Below, in pieces: positions 13,771 through 26,500 of a DNA stretch of 49,512 nt. A program made the position numbers and the translations under genes. The notes under the pieces are model-generated. The model was given only the letters and a program-made list of their open reading frames with translations. It was not told the origin of the DNA and ran no database searches. The DNA is from Lama guanicoe (lineage: Eukaryota), in assembly GCA_013239625.1 (NCBI GenBank), contig MU054049.1:2359892-2409403 (forward strand), read 5' to 3'. Every line of letters starts with the position of its first letter. Within the stretch, counting starts at the first letter, position 1.

Positions 13771-15416
13771 CGGATCAGAAGGAAATGTTCTTCAGAAATA
13801 TATTCTTATTTCTGAGAAGCTGGTATTCGAGAATATATTCCTCATGACTATATTATAAGACTATCCATTGAAAATACTTAAGAAGTATGTATAATCGTAA
13901 GACTTGTTCACACTTACTGAGGACATTCAAAGACGATACACCAAACATCACTCTATTGCCTTTTGCTTTCCTAGAAGTGCTACCGTGAAATGCAAAGGGT
14001 CAGGTAAAATTCCCCCAGAAGTCCTCCGATCTGTGAAAGTCATCCCACCTGACCCGAATTACTTTAAATCGAGAGAGTTGAAGCAACCAGTCAATTTGCT
14101 AAATTTGCCTAAACCTGGGCTAGTATCTGGGCTATATGGTCCCACAGCCTGGGCTTTCCCAGCAGATGGGGGCAGCCAATGAAGACATGACCACTGACAG
14201 GAGAATCTCACGTGTGAAAGACGCCGATTCCCAGTCCTGTCATGAATCACTCTGCAGAACTCTGTTGAGAATAACCAGGGATCTGCGGCTCTATTTACTG
14301 AGATAAGAAATCAGTCCCATCCATTATTGGACTGAATTTTGCACAAGGGGAGTGCGAAGTTGACCTGTTGAGCTGGAAATGACTGAATTGGCTGCCTAGA
14401 AATAGTCTTTATTGTTGTTACTGTTAACTGTTATTATCTGAAATGACTGTCACACTTTTCAGGTAAAATGGCATAGCCTTGTCTTCTCTGCAAGTACTTC
14501 CTCTTAAGATTTCTTCTTCACCTTTACCCAAAAGGGACCGATTGTCCTTAAAGAGATATTGGCGGGAGAATGAGGAAGCAGCTCTCGGCTATGCAAGACG
14601 AAGTGTGGAGTAACTTTGCATCAACAGGAACTTTCTAAAAAGCTATTTTTTTTTTCAAAGAGACTTTCAGAGCCAGTCAATTGGCTCACAGTGCAGCAGC
14701 CCCTCCTGAACTGCCCCTCTCACCCCAATGGAAATGTGACATGCAAATGTCTCCTGAAATTTGCCTCTGGGACTCTCACTAAGGTGTTTAACCATAATGT
14801 AATTTGAATGAATTCTCTAGGCAGGGTGGGAAATAACAAACAGATGGGTGCCTTCACCTTTCTTCCAATGGCCCCATTATGGTCACACTGCTGTGTCCCC
14901 TCCAAGAAGCCACACCCGGGTTGCTGCACAGCGTAAGCAGACAGATGTGTGCGGTGTGGGGTAGAATGGAGCCCACTGAAGACTTGATTATAAAGACGAA
15001 GCAGTTAGTACCCTGTCTTTCTCCCAGAAGTGTTGGGGGAATCCATGAAATAATGGAAATAAATGATGGTGCTCCAGAAATGGCCGAGGGCATCACCCCA
15101 AATGGATGATTCATTGGCCCTCCTACATGGCCATCCTCAGGGCCAGTTCCCCGGTTGGGGAAACCAAACAATTAGAGCTTGTTCTTATACTCAACACCTA
15201 ACTCTTCTAGACGTGTGTTCAAGCCAGGTTAATATGCTGAACTTGACTGTCAGGTTGGCTGAGAGCAAGGTTCTGAGGCTCCTGAGTAGGAATCAAACCC
15301 ATTTTGAGTTTGGAATCTGGAAAAGGAGTCATTATTTGCTAACTTTAGGTTCTGCAGACCTAAAACACGCTTCACGAATTTTATCTAAAGAAGTATTCGG
15401 TTAAAAAAAAAAGAAG

Positions 15417-15500
15417 TATTCGGTTGAACCACATAAAATTGCCAGTTTTGCTTATCAAAAATAGTCAACTCTGAGCAATTCATTATGGTTCAATGTAATA
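15417..15500. mobile_element. MADE2-like mariner MITE
   Basis: ~80-bp imperfect palindrome TATTCGGTTGAACCACATAAAATTGCC...GCAATTCATTATGGTTCAATGTAATA. Confidence 0.75.
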
Positions 15501-16249
15501 ATCAATGAAGTGGTGAAAAGACAGCTTTGTGAAGTCTAAATCTTTCTGGTCCAGTTCAGAAGCTGAAGGTAGCAGAAGGGAACAGATTTTTTTCTGTTGG
15601 GACTATCACAATAGTCATTTAACGATCACTTCAACAATGAGCATTTAATAAGCCCAGTGGGCTGGGCACGTCACACTAAACACTCGATGACGACTGTAAC
15701 CTGCCATGCTCACGAGCTGGGACTTTTGTCCAGGTCAGCATCAGGAGCCCACTTCTGAATGAATCCACCTGTGTGCAACCTCACACAGTGCCGGGCACCA
15801 CGGACTAGAGGTGTAGTCAGCATGGGCTCCCTTTGCTTCACGAACTCCCCTCCCTCCAGGGTCTCTAGTGAGGAGGGGAGAGGGGAAGCCCTCCTCCCAC
15901 TTCCTTCTCTGAGCCTTCACAGCCTGGATGGAAATGCTCCCTGGGGTACATGCTGCTGGGAGCCAGTGAAGACCTCCAGATTTGCAAAAGGCTTCTCCTG
16001 GCCTGGGTTCTCTAGTTCCTGCCCTCTGCATTCCTCTGGGGACCTATCCTGAGACTGTGAGCTGCCCAGGTGTGGAGACATCAACTGGTGCCACTTAGGG
16101 CCACGGCTGGGGCTTATAGAGCAACCTGAAGCCAACCCTTTCCACTTAACATTTGGGTAAACTGAGACCCAGAGAGGGTCAAAAGTGAGCTAGTGGTCAG
16201 GCCCAGATGGAACTCAAATCTCTGGATCCCCAAACCTGTTCTTTCTCCT

Positions 16250-16920
16250 CGCAGCCCGCGACTGCTCCGAGGTGCCATCCCTGGTGCTTCATAGCAGGGC
16301 AAGGACCCGCAGGATCCGAGAGCACGATCACTCCCTATGACCCCCAGGACCCGCGGAAGGAGCCCTGCGAAGTGGGACACGAGTAACGGTGCCCACAGCA
16401 CTTTCCCAGTTAAAGAGCCGCTCAGAGCCTCCCGGTACCGATCGGTGAAACCGACAGCAAAGCCTGCACCTTCTCCTGCTCCCAGGGGAGAAGTACGGCG
16501 CCCTACAGCCCTCACCCTGGAAGCCCCCCCGCCCCGCCGCCTCCCAGACAGGTCCGCAGCGCGCCCCCACCGCGTCCCGGCAGCCCCAGCCCGTCGGGGC
16601 CGCGCGCCCTCACCGCGCCGCGCTCGAAGTCGTTGTAGAAGGGCTTGTCCAGCAGGTGCTTCTCGCTGCAGCCCGCGGAGCCCACGAGGCTGAGGTAGAT
16701 GTAGTCGTCGGTGCCCGCGAACCACTGGCTGCCGGTGGCCACGGTGACGGTGTAGGAGGGCATGATGGAGGGCAGCGGGGGCCCGGGGTCGGGCGCTTAG
16801 CAAGCACAGGGAGCCTGGTCGCGCGCGCGGCCGCACCTCTCCTCCCCCTCGCGCCGCCGCTTCCTCCCTCCCCCCTCCCCCGGCCCCTATCACTCACTCC
16901 TGCATCTCACCTCGAGGGCT
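16250..16920 (-). promoter_or_regulatory. ALOX5 CpG island / TATA-less GC-rich promoter
   Basis: Dense CpG across exon 1. GGGAGG-type boxes at ~16840-16885, TGATAG (GATA) on the minus strand at ~16887-16892, and a GGCGGGGCGGGG Sp1/Egr-type site at the start of intron 1 (~16524-16538). Confidence 0.85.
16614..16763 (-). CDS. ALOX5: Arachidonate 5-lipoxygenase, coding part of exon 1 (150 nt, start of PLAT/C2-like domain)
   Basis: Translates [50 protein letters not shown], the 5-LOX N-terminus. ATG at 16763, followed by donor GTGAGG (GT at 16613-16612), phase 0. Confidence 0.98.
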
Positions 16921-19143
16921 TGGTGTCTGTTTCAGCAGTCAGGGAACTGGGGCCAGCGCAGCTTCTATCCCCTCTTCCCTCCCGCCATCCATTTCATTCA
17001 CTCAGTTTCTCAATCAATGTTTTTTTCACTCTTCACCCCTCCTTCCTGCCTTGGCCTCCGTCAGTGCTAAGTTCCTGTAAGGCAGTAGGACTGAGCTCCA
17101 GGGACCCCTAGAAAACCAGAATTCCTGCTCTCAGCAAGTTCCCAGTGTGAGTGGGAAGCCTCACGTCACGGCAATTATCCAAGCTGTGACTACATAGAGC
17201 AGGGGTGCGCTAGGAGTCTACAGTGGCAAGAGGAGCCCTCCTAGGGAGTCAGGAAAGCTTTTGGATGGAGCCACACCTGAGCTGATACTCTGAAATGCAC
17301 AGCCTCCCTCCCGTCATCATTGATTTCAGATTTTGCTGAATATTACTCAGAGCCAGGCGCAGCTGGGCGCTAAGGTGCCAGCCACGCTCAGGCCTTGAGA
17401 ACGTCAGTGTGCAGTGGGAGGCAGGGCAGTCAGCAGAGAGAGGCCTGGACAAGAAAAGCCAAATCTGGCACCCAGGGAGGGGGTTGTCTGGAAGAGGTCG
17501 GCGTGCTTGGGGAGGTGAGGGGTTGAAGAAACTTGGGGCTAGGGAGGCTGGGCTTGTGATGGGAAAGGAGACTTGGAGACGGCTCATGGGAGTGGACCAA
17601 TGGCTGGAAGTCCTAGGGAAATCCACTCCTAGGATGTGGACTCCACAGCAAGGATGTTCCACTTAGAGTTAGATCCAGTACCTGGGGAACTGGTGGCCTG
17701 GTGGAGTTACTGGTCGGCTTTCTAACTGGTGGTGGGCAGAGGCCTGGAAGAGATGGTTGTAGAAGGCTTTGCACACTAGAGGCCAGCTTCCTAACTTCTG
17801 TGACCTGATCTCAAAAGTCTTCCACATTCGCCTCCCCCTCCCCCACACCCTCACGCCAATCCTTGCCCTCCTCTAAACCCAGCTGGGTCTGATTGTGGTA
17901 GACATTCAGTGATGGGTTGAACTAAATAGAAAAATAAGTTCATTCCATTTGAGGCAGTGGGTATATGGAGTCACCTGTCTGGTACACTCACTTTGGGGGA
18001 TGGGCAAAGAGACAGGTCAAAGGCAGGCTCCATCAGGTGGGGAATCCTGCTTCCTCCTGTGTCAGGCAGGACCACCACTCTGGACAGAGAGTGAGTACCT
18101 GCCATTCTCCACAGGTGGGCGATGAGGGCAGATTTCAGTGGGACCGGCTTTATCGATCAAAAGAAGGATTCTCTGGGAATCAAGTTGGACATGAAAGACC
18201 CTGGGCACAGTTGAGATCGGGTGGATGAAGATGGTGCAAAAGTGGGATCCAACCCCTGCCAGGCAAAATACATGCTCCAGGAAATCTGGAGAAGGTGTGA
18301 AGGATGCCTGTGGAACTGCCCTTCAAATCTAAGAATAAAATGGCTATTAAAAAAAAAACAAAACTCCACATACTTTTTCAATGAAAGTAACGAACTATCA
18401 TTGTAGAAAATATGGAAAATAAAGTTTGATACACAAATGAGTCAACATGCAAAGAAAGCAATTAGTAAATATTTACTAATTACATTAGACTTTTTACATC
18501 ACTAAGAACACATTGTGCAATTTTGTCTCATATTTCCATTTTCCTTAATATTATATATTTTCCTATGTAATTCCATGTTTTAAATATTTCATCGACTGTG
18601 TAATATCTATTTATGTGGCTATACCACCATTTCCTTTATTAGTCCACTGTTATTGGGCATTTAGGTTGCTTCCGCTCATAAACAATGCTACAGTACATAT
18701 TTTGTGCTTAAAACATTAAAAAAGTTTTCCTTAATATAATGGAGGTACTCCAGCTGAACATAAAGTGAAGTAAGGTAGGGGTGGAAGTGCTGATGGATCG
18801 GCTTTTTTCTTGTTCCCTCCCCTCGTCCCCATCCTCAAGCCAACGATGCAGGTGGGAGCACTTTTTGAGAATCATTTGCTTTTAGGATAAAGCACTCACT
18901 TCGGGCACTCACCCTTCACAGTCTTGCCCTACCTGCCCTCATCCACTCACTCCTTTACCTTTTCCATGTGTGTCTGAGGGAATTCCTTCAGAGAAACTGA
19001 ATCAGAAGGATGTGTGTTCATATGAAGGGACTTACTGCAAAAATTGGCTTATGTGATTATGAGAGCTGGGTGAGCAGGTCTGAAGGCTGTGGGTCAGGCT
19101 ATCAGGAAGGGTGGGCTGGAAACTCTCAGGCAGGTACAGATGC

Positions 19144-19743
19144 TGCTGCTGAATAAAATGGCCACGCTTAGGCTAACTCTTAGCCTTATGCCTACTGTTT
19201 GCTTTTAGAGTGGTTAGCAAACTGGACTGACCGGACACTGCTCCCAGCCCCAGGCCCATTGTTAGAGTTAGAGCTAGTGATTTCCCTGTCTGTTTTACCT
19301 TACTCTGATAATTGAAATTTACAGTCATGTTTGGATTTTGAGTCCTTCCCCTAGAAAGGGAGTCATGGGACAATAATCTCAGGAGAATGACCAGACCCTC
19401 CGAAGTCCTCCTGGCACCTGATGAATCTGATCAGATAGAGAAGGTCATGGGCGGATGACCCCCCTGGACCACCAGACAGCCGCATGACACCGGAGAGACA
19501 TGCCAAGATTTCGGAGGAAGATTTACCAGAGACTTTTGTTAGTTAATATCCCCATTTATGCCCCAATTTGTCCACTATATAATCACTATGCCCCAACCAT
19601 AAGACAGGTTCACAGTTTTTAAAGCACTAGCCTGCTGTGAGTCCCCCTTGCCCGGCAAAACAATAAAGCTGCCTATTTTCTTCCAAGACCTTGTCTCTGA
19701 GTTATTTGGCTCATCAGGGATGGGGGCCAATCTTTCAGCAACA
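19144..19743 (+). mobile_element. Solo ERV LTR nested in the MLT2-like element
   Basis: Terminal inverted repeat TGCTGCTGAA...TTCAGCAACA, TATATAA near 19576, AATAAA at 19662-19667. TSD not clear. Confidence 0.7.
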
Positions 19744-19966
19744 CGTCCACAGGAGGAATTTCTTTTTCCTCAGGTAAAACTCATTTCTGTTCTGAAAGCT
19801 TTTCAACTGACTGTATCAGGTCCACATAGACAATCGAGGATAATTTCTTTTACACAGAGTCCACTAATTGTAGATATTAATCACATCTTCAAACATCTTC
19901 ACAGAGACACCTAGATCAGTGTTTGACTGAGTAACTTGAGTGCTGTAGCCTGGTCACATTGACACA

Positions 19967-20462
19967 TGTCAATGGAAAATATTGCCTGCCATATTAGTAA
20001 ACAAAGAATGTTGCAGCCATCAAGCCACCACATTGCAGCCATCCCACAGTGAGCCCTGAGGGAAGTCGGGATGGAACAAGGATGCCTCCCATAGAGCGAT
20101 CAGCCACTGCAGCCATCCCCAGTGGTGCCCCTGAGGGGACTTAGGATGGGAAAACACAGAATACTGGCCCCAGGTAGCTGAGGCGCATATCAAAGCAATG
20201 ATTTCAATGAGCCCAGACGTTTGCATCTTCCCATATATAGAAAAGTACTAAATGCATTAAATTGAGATGTCTGGTTTTCTTTAATTTTAGTAATCTTTTG
20301 ATGTTCCCACTACCTGGTTTTTGTTATAAAACTCCTATATCTCCTGGCTTTTCCCTTAGAGCTATCCAAGAGGCTCTCTCCTGGGCTTGAAGTCCTTAGA
20401 AAGTCTGCTGAATAAAACATAACTCAACCTTTAGGTTGTGCTTTTTTTTTTTTCAGTCGACA
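19967..20462 (+). mobile_element. Solo ERV1-type LTR nested in the MLT2-like element
   Basis: TGTCAATGGAAAA...TTTTCAGTCGACA with TSD CACA (19963-19966, 20463-20466); AATAAA at 20411-20416. Confidence 0.85.
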
Positions 20463-21478
20463 CACACAAAACTGAGCATCATGCTACGCTTCATCTATTG
20501 TATTCTTTCTGAACATTCTGCATCTTCTCATCCCGCTGAAATCCTGGCATATTTCCTTCCTTTGGTACGGAGTACTGCTCTCCTTCTCTGTCTCCCAATG
20601 TCCTCCTCCCAAAACCTACACAAATGTTGCTTTTTCCACGGAGCCCTCCTTGACTTCCCCAGGTAGAGTTGCACCTCTTTTGAGCCTGCACAGCTTTTGC
20701 TCATGCCATGTTTTGGCATGTTGCCCCTCTGTTTCATCAGTATTTGCTTCTGTCTTCATCTCCCCCAACATATTATGAAGGATTTGAGGGCAGGGACTGG
20801 ATCTTATTTATGTGTTGGTCTCCAGCACAATGCCTGGCACAGAGAAGCTGTAGTTTCTAGGTAGGTCGAGTTATTGGAGAGCCTGAAACTTGCAAGGAAA
20901 GTATGGTTTTTGTGGTTGGCAAAGCAGACAGGCAGCATGAGCCTAAGCTCAAGAGAACAGCTCTAACTTCCCCTCTGGCTGGTCACATGATGTCCTGAAT
21001 CAAGGAATGGAACTTGCCACAGGTTCACAGGAAGCCCTGCAGCCACCCTGCTTCTAACTGCGCCAGGACCAGTGTACCCCTCCCATAGGGCAACACGGTC
21101 CTGGTGCCCCGGCTAGCCGTCGACAGTGACTGGGAATAGATCCGGCTAAGTAGTCCTTTTCCTCTGGAGGGTGTTTTGTAGGACCACACTTTTCTTTTGT
21201 CTGGCTTCAGAAGTTTACAGCTCATTTCAGTGTTTCCTGGCCCATTAAACAGAATTAAGCACTGCCTACCACCAAGCACTAAAAAAAAAAAAAAAAAAAG
21301 CTCATTCATTGGGGATTTAGAGACCCCCACCTCCCCACCCCTGGCCTCAGACAGATGACTTCCTAATCCTCACAGACTTCCCCTCAGGGTGGATATTACC
21401 AGCTCCTCCCAGCTCCATTGTTTGTTTAGTTGCCATTTGTTCTATCCCAGGAAGAATAAGAGGATAAGACTAAGTCTT

Positions 21479-21730
21479 TTTCTGTTTTGTAGATGAGTTC
21501 ATGGTGTCCTTTTTTTTCTTTTAGATTCCACACATGAGTGATATCATAAGGTATTTTTCTGTCTCTTTCTGGCTTACTTCACTTAGAATGATGATCTCTA
21601 TGTCCGTCCATGTTGCTGCAAATGGCATTATTTTATTCTTTTTTATGGCAGAGTAGTAGTCCATTGTATAAATATACACAAGAGATTGACACATTGTAAT
21701 TGACTGTACTTCAATAAAAAACAAATAAAA
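21479..21730. mobile_element. Short L1 insertion with 5' inversion
   Basis: Minus-strand L1 segment (21479-~21678) joined to a plus-strand L1 3' tip and A-tail. 13-bp TSD AAGAC(T/C)AAGTCTT at 21466-21478 and 21731-21743. Confidence 0.85.
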
Positions 21731-22574
21731 AAGACCAAGTCTTAAGAAACCTAAATGTCTTTGTAAGGATCCTGTTGAAAGGATAATGATGAAATGTCTA
21801 CTGCAGTTTCTTCAGTCTGTGATCGGGGCTCAGACACTTGTGGGTGAGTGCTTCCTCTTCCCCAATTTCTCCACCTTTGTGCTTTTCAGAACAAGACCAG
21901 ATGTTTGCTGATTGGTCCCTCTCTCCTCCCTCAAGGCTGTTACATAAGAAGTAGGGTGGGGCACCCCACACTACATTACCTTGGCTTATGGTCCCCTGAG
22001 ACCCAGACCCAGGTAGGTTTACCACCTGTGTGGCTCAATGCAACTACTCTATGTTACTTAGGAGGACAAAGCTAATGAACATTCTTTCCTTTGGAACTTC
22101 TTGACAAATACAGAGATACTTTCTGATCCATGAAGAACAAGTTCAAATAGTCTTGCATTTGTGATTAGCGTGTTTTGTTTTTCAAAAGTGAGAACAATTC
22201 TCACACTCTGGCTGAAATATGTCTGATATCTTTCATCCCGAGATTAGATAATCACAAAGGATTATCTCTACGAGCCTTGATTGAACAAATATAAGAGAAA
22301 TAATTCACTCCAAGAAGTCTGAGCATCACTGCCTCTCCTCAAAAAGCCCTTCCCTAACCCCTGTCTGCAAGGGCCACTGACTGTTCAGTCGCCCTTCCCA
22401 CCCCGTGAACACCTCTCTGTCTTATGTCCTTCCTTAGTTATCATCTGTGTCTCCCACCAGAGACTGAGCACTGTAAGATCTTACCAGTCCTGTTCACTTT
22501 CACACGTATGGTCCCCACAACAAGGATTTGTGGTGACTTGTGGGGAGGGAGGAAAGGAAATAACAATTTTATTC

Positions 22575-22948
22575 TTTAAAAAAATTTTTTGTATAGCTTT
22601 AAAAGTTATGTTCCACTTAGTTATAAAAAATTGGCTATAGTCCCCGTGTTGTATAATACATCCTTAAGCCTATCTTACACCCAATAGTTTGTACCTCCAA
22701 CTCCCCCACCTCTATATTGCCCCTCTCCTCATCACCGGTAACCACCAGTTTGTTCTATCTGTGAGTCTGCTTTTTTTTTTGTTATGTTCACTAGTTTGTT
22801 GTATTTTTTAGATTCTGCATATAAATGATATCACACAGTATTTGCCTTCTTCTGTCTGATTTATTTCACTTAGCATAATGCCGTCCAAGTCCATCCATGT
22901 TGCTGCAAATGACAAAATTTCATTCTTTTTTATGGTTGAGTAGTATTT

Positions 22949-22982
<34 letters not shown>

Positions 22983-22990
22983 CACACCTT
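22575..22990 (-). mobile_element. L1 3' fragment with (TG)n microsatellite
   Basis: GGTAACCACCAGTTTGTTC..., TTAGATTC.GCATAT..., TCCATCCATGTTGCTGCAAATG; (TG)n at ~22951-22979. Confidence 0.8.
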
Positions 22991-23569
22991 CTTTGAAGGT
23001 CAGAGCCCTGAGAATAGGCTCTCCTATCTATTGTGATGGTTTCATGTGTGCACAAACTTTTCATATTGTACACTTTAAATATATGCAGTTTGTTACATGG
23101 AAAGTATACTGCAATGCAATTATTAAAATTTATTTTTAACCAGAAAACCCCTATCCAACAGCAAATTGCAGTCATTTAAGAAATGAATCAAAATAAAGGA
23201 CTCAGAATGAAGAAGCTGTGGTTTTAAAAAAGTACTGATAGTAAGCATCATGTCTATTTAAATACAGAAACATCACTAAGCAACTGTGGACTTTACGGCT
23301 ACAGGACAGAATAAACATAGTAAAATAAGACAAATGTTTAGAACTGAAATTACCGTGACAAGAGGTTTTGATAGATATTGCCTAATTGCCAAGCAGGAAA
23401 ATGTTTTCACAAGTACACCCATACTATTTTGGTATTTTCATCTTTGCTAAGTGAAAAATATTTTCTTGCTTTATATTCTGTCTTTAATTAGAGAGGTTGA
23501 ACAGCTTTTCATATATATTAAATTTGCATAGTTATTCTTTTGTTTTGGGATTTGTTTTGTCTTAGAATC

Positions 23570-26500
23570 CACAGGGTTGTTTGCATATACCATCAAGTTG
23601 TCTGTGAAAGCACATACATTCCTTGTCTTTTTCCTGGTCTTCAGAGGAAAGCATTCAGTTTTTCACCATAAAATGTGATACTGGATTTTCATAGAAGTCC
23701 TTGATCCAAATGAGGATGTTTCCTCTAGCCTTGGTTTGCTGAGGGTTTTCATCATAAATGGATGTTGTATGTTGGATTTTGTCAATTTTTTTTTCTGCAT
23801 CTATTGAGATGACCATGTAGGTTTTTCTTTTTTAATTTGGTTATATGGCAAATGAGATTGATTATATATTGTTACGTTTTGACTGATTTAAGTTTTACTT
23901 AGAATTTTTGTGTCTGTGGTCATAAAAGATAAGGGTCATAATTTTTTTTTCTTGTAATGATTTCATCTGATTTTTGTTATAGGATAATGCTGGTCTCATG
24001 AGTTAAGAAATATTTTCTCATCTTCAGTTTTCTAGAAGAGCCTGTATTGAACTGGTATTATTTTTTTCCTTAAGTGTTTGGTAGAATTTACCCGTGGAGA
24101 TTTCTGGGTCTAGGGATTTCTGTGGCAGTTTTTGATCTCCCAATTCAATTTAGTATGTATTGGATATTTAGCTTATCTATTTTTTTCTTGCGTGAGCTTT
24201 GGAAGTTTGTATCTTTCAAGGAGCTTTTTCTTTTCATCTAAGTTGTCGAATTTATTGTATTAAATTTTCCCACTATTTCTTTGTTATCCTATTAATCTCT
24301 AGATTTTATAATGACAATCCTCTTTCATTCCTGATGTCGGTAATTTGTGTCTTCTCTCTTATTTTTTCTAATTAAATTGGCTACAGGATTATTGATTTTA
24401 TTGATTTTTCAAATTAAATCTTTTTGTTGAAGAGATTTTTCTCTATTTTTGTTTTTGATTTTATTGATATTTGCTCTGATCTTGAATATTTCCTTTCTTC
24501 TGCTACTTTGGGTTTAATTTGCTCCTTTGGTTAGTTCTAAGAAACTAAGATACTTAGATAAATGATTTGTAACATTTCTTCTTTTATAATAGGTGCAGTT
24601 AGTGCTATAAATGCTTCTTTAAGTATTGGTTGAATTTGCATTTCACAATTTGATATAGTTTATTTCATATTCGTTCAGTTAAAAATACTTCCTAATTTCC
24701 TTTTTGGTTCTTTCTGTATTTTGTTCATGTGTTATTTTCAAATTTGTTATTTCACTTCCAAGTATTGGAGTATTTTCCAGATATCTATTATCAATTTCTA
24801 ATTTAATTCCATTGTGCTCAGGTAATCTACTTGTATTACTTGACTGTAAAATTACTGAGACTTGTTTTGAAGCCTAGACTATGAACTGTCTTGGTGAACA
24901 TTATGCGCACTTTAAAACAAGGTGTATTTTGCTGTTTTTGCTTATAGTGTTATGAACTTGCCAATTAAGCTGGGTCACAGTGATGTTCACTCTTTGTCTA
25001 TATGTTTATCAGTTGCTGAAAGAAGGTTGTTGAAATCCTTGAGTATAATTTGGATTTGTCTATTTTTTTTTGCTGTTCTATTAGTTTTTGCTTCATGTAT
25101 TTTGAAGCTCTTTTATTCAGTATGTACATAAGCACGTGGAATTGTTATAGCCTCTTCATTAACTGACTGCTTTAATATTGTGAAATGACCATCTTATCCC
25201 TTGGCAATATTCTCTGCCCTGAAAGCTGCTTTGCTATCAATACAGCCACTCCAGATTTCTTTTGATCACTTCAGCATGATAAATCTTTTTCTCCCCTTTT
25301 ACTTTTAACCTAGACTTGTCTTTGTATTTAAAGTGCATTTCTAGCAGGCAGCTTGCATTTGAGTCCTCACTTTCTCCCGTTTAGTCAGCCTCTGCTTTTT
25401 AATAGTATGTTTAGACCCATTATAGTTAAGATGGCTATTGATACGGTTGCATTTCAATGTTTTTGATAGCTTTATTGAGATATAATCCATACCCCATACA
25501 ATTCACCCATGTGAAATATACAATTCACTGTTTTGTAGTATATTCACAGATGTGTGTAACAATCAATTATAGAACATTTTCATGATTATATAAAGCAACT
25601 TTGTATTTTTAGATATTATTCTCTTATATCTCCATCACCCTCTCTTCCTTACACCCCCTCAGCCCTAAACAACCACTATTTACTTTCTGTCTCTATTGCT
25701 CTCCCTAATCTGGACTTTCATATGAATGGGATCCTATAATATGTGGTCTTCTGTGACTGACTTCTTTCACTTAGTAAGGTTCATCTATGTTGTGGCATGT
25801 ATGGTACCGTTGCCGAGTCCAAACTCATTCTGCTTGCTGCAAGACAGGCCAATAAATTGGGAGATGAGGTGTTGGGGCAAGGAATAGCAACTTTATTCAG
25901 AAAGCTTGCAGATCAAGAGGATGGCAGACTAATGTCTTGGAGAACCATCCTGCTGCAGTCAGAATACAAGCTCTTCTTATAAATAAATAAATAAATAAAA
26001 AGGGAGGGGGTGTGGTTGGTTGTTGCAAACTTCTTGCTGCAGGCATTTGTTCTTGCAGCTGTCCACATGGGCCAGGTCATGGTGTCCCTGTAAACTTCTA
26101 AGAAAACAAAAGTTTCTCTCTATTTTGCAACTTGCCATCTCCATGTAAGTGCAGAAGTGCTAACATCTTTGAAGGTCAGAGCCCTGAGAATAGGCTCTCC
26201 TATCTATTTCAGGCTAAAGGCAACATTGTTTCACAAAAGGAGCAGAGCTAGCAAGACTGAGCCTAGAAAGCAGGGCACAGTGGTTGAAACTAAAGGAACA
26301 GATCCAACATACAGTCAGATTTGCCCTCCTATATTACAGTACGTCACTCTTATTTTGTCTAATAGTCCGCTGTATGGCCCCACCACGTTTTGTCTCTCTA
26401 TTCATCCACTGATGGATGGTGTTTATGATTTTTAAAGTATTTCTGTGGTATTTGTTGTTATTTCTCCTCTTTTATTTCTTAATTTGGTTCCTCTCTTTTC

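Larger units (their letters stand above)
18970..20483. mobile_element. Old MLT2-like (ERVL) LTR split by two younger LTRs
   Basis: MLT2-like blocks CAGAGAAACTGAATCAGAAGG..., TCCACAGG.GGAATTTCTT..., CACCTAGATCAGTGTTTGA and terminal AAAACTGAGCATCA line up once the inserts are removed. Boundaries approximate. Confidence 0.7.

Noticed and set aside
16114..16893. 259-aa minus-strand ORF over ALOX5 exon 1
   Set aside because: Alternative frame across a CpG island running into the intron; low-complexity Arg/Gly/Ala content.
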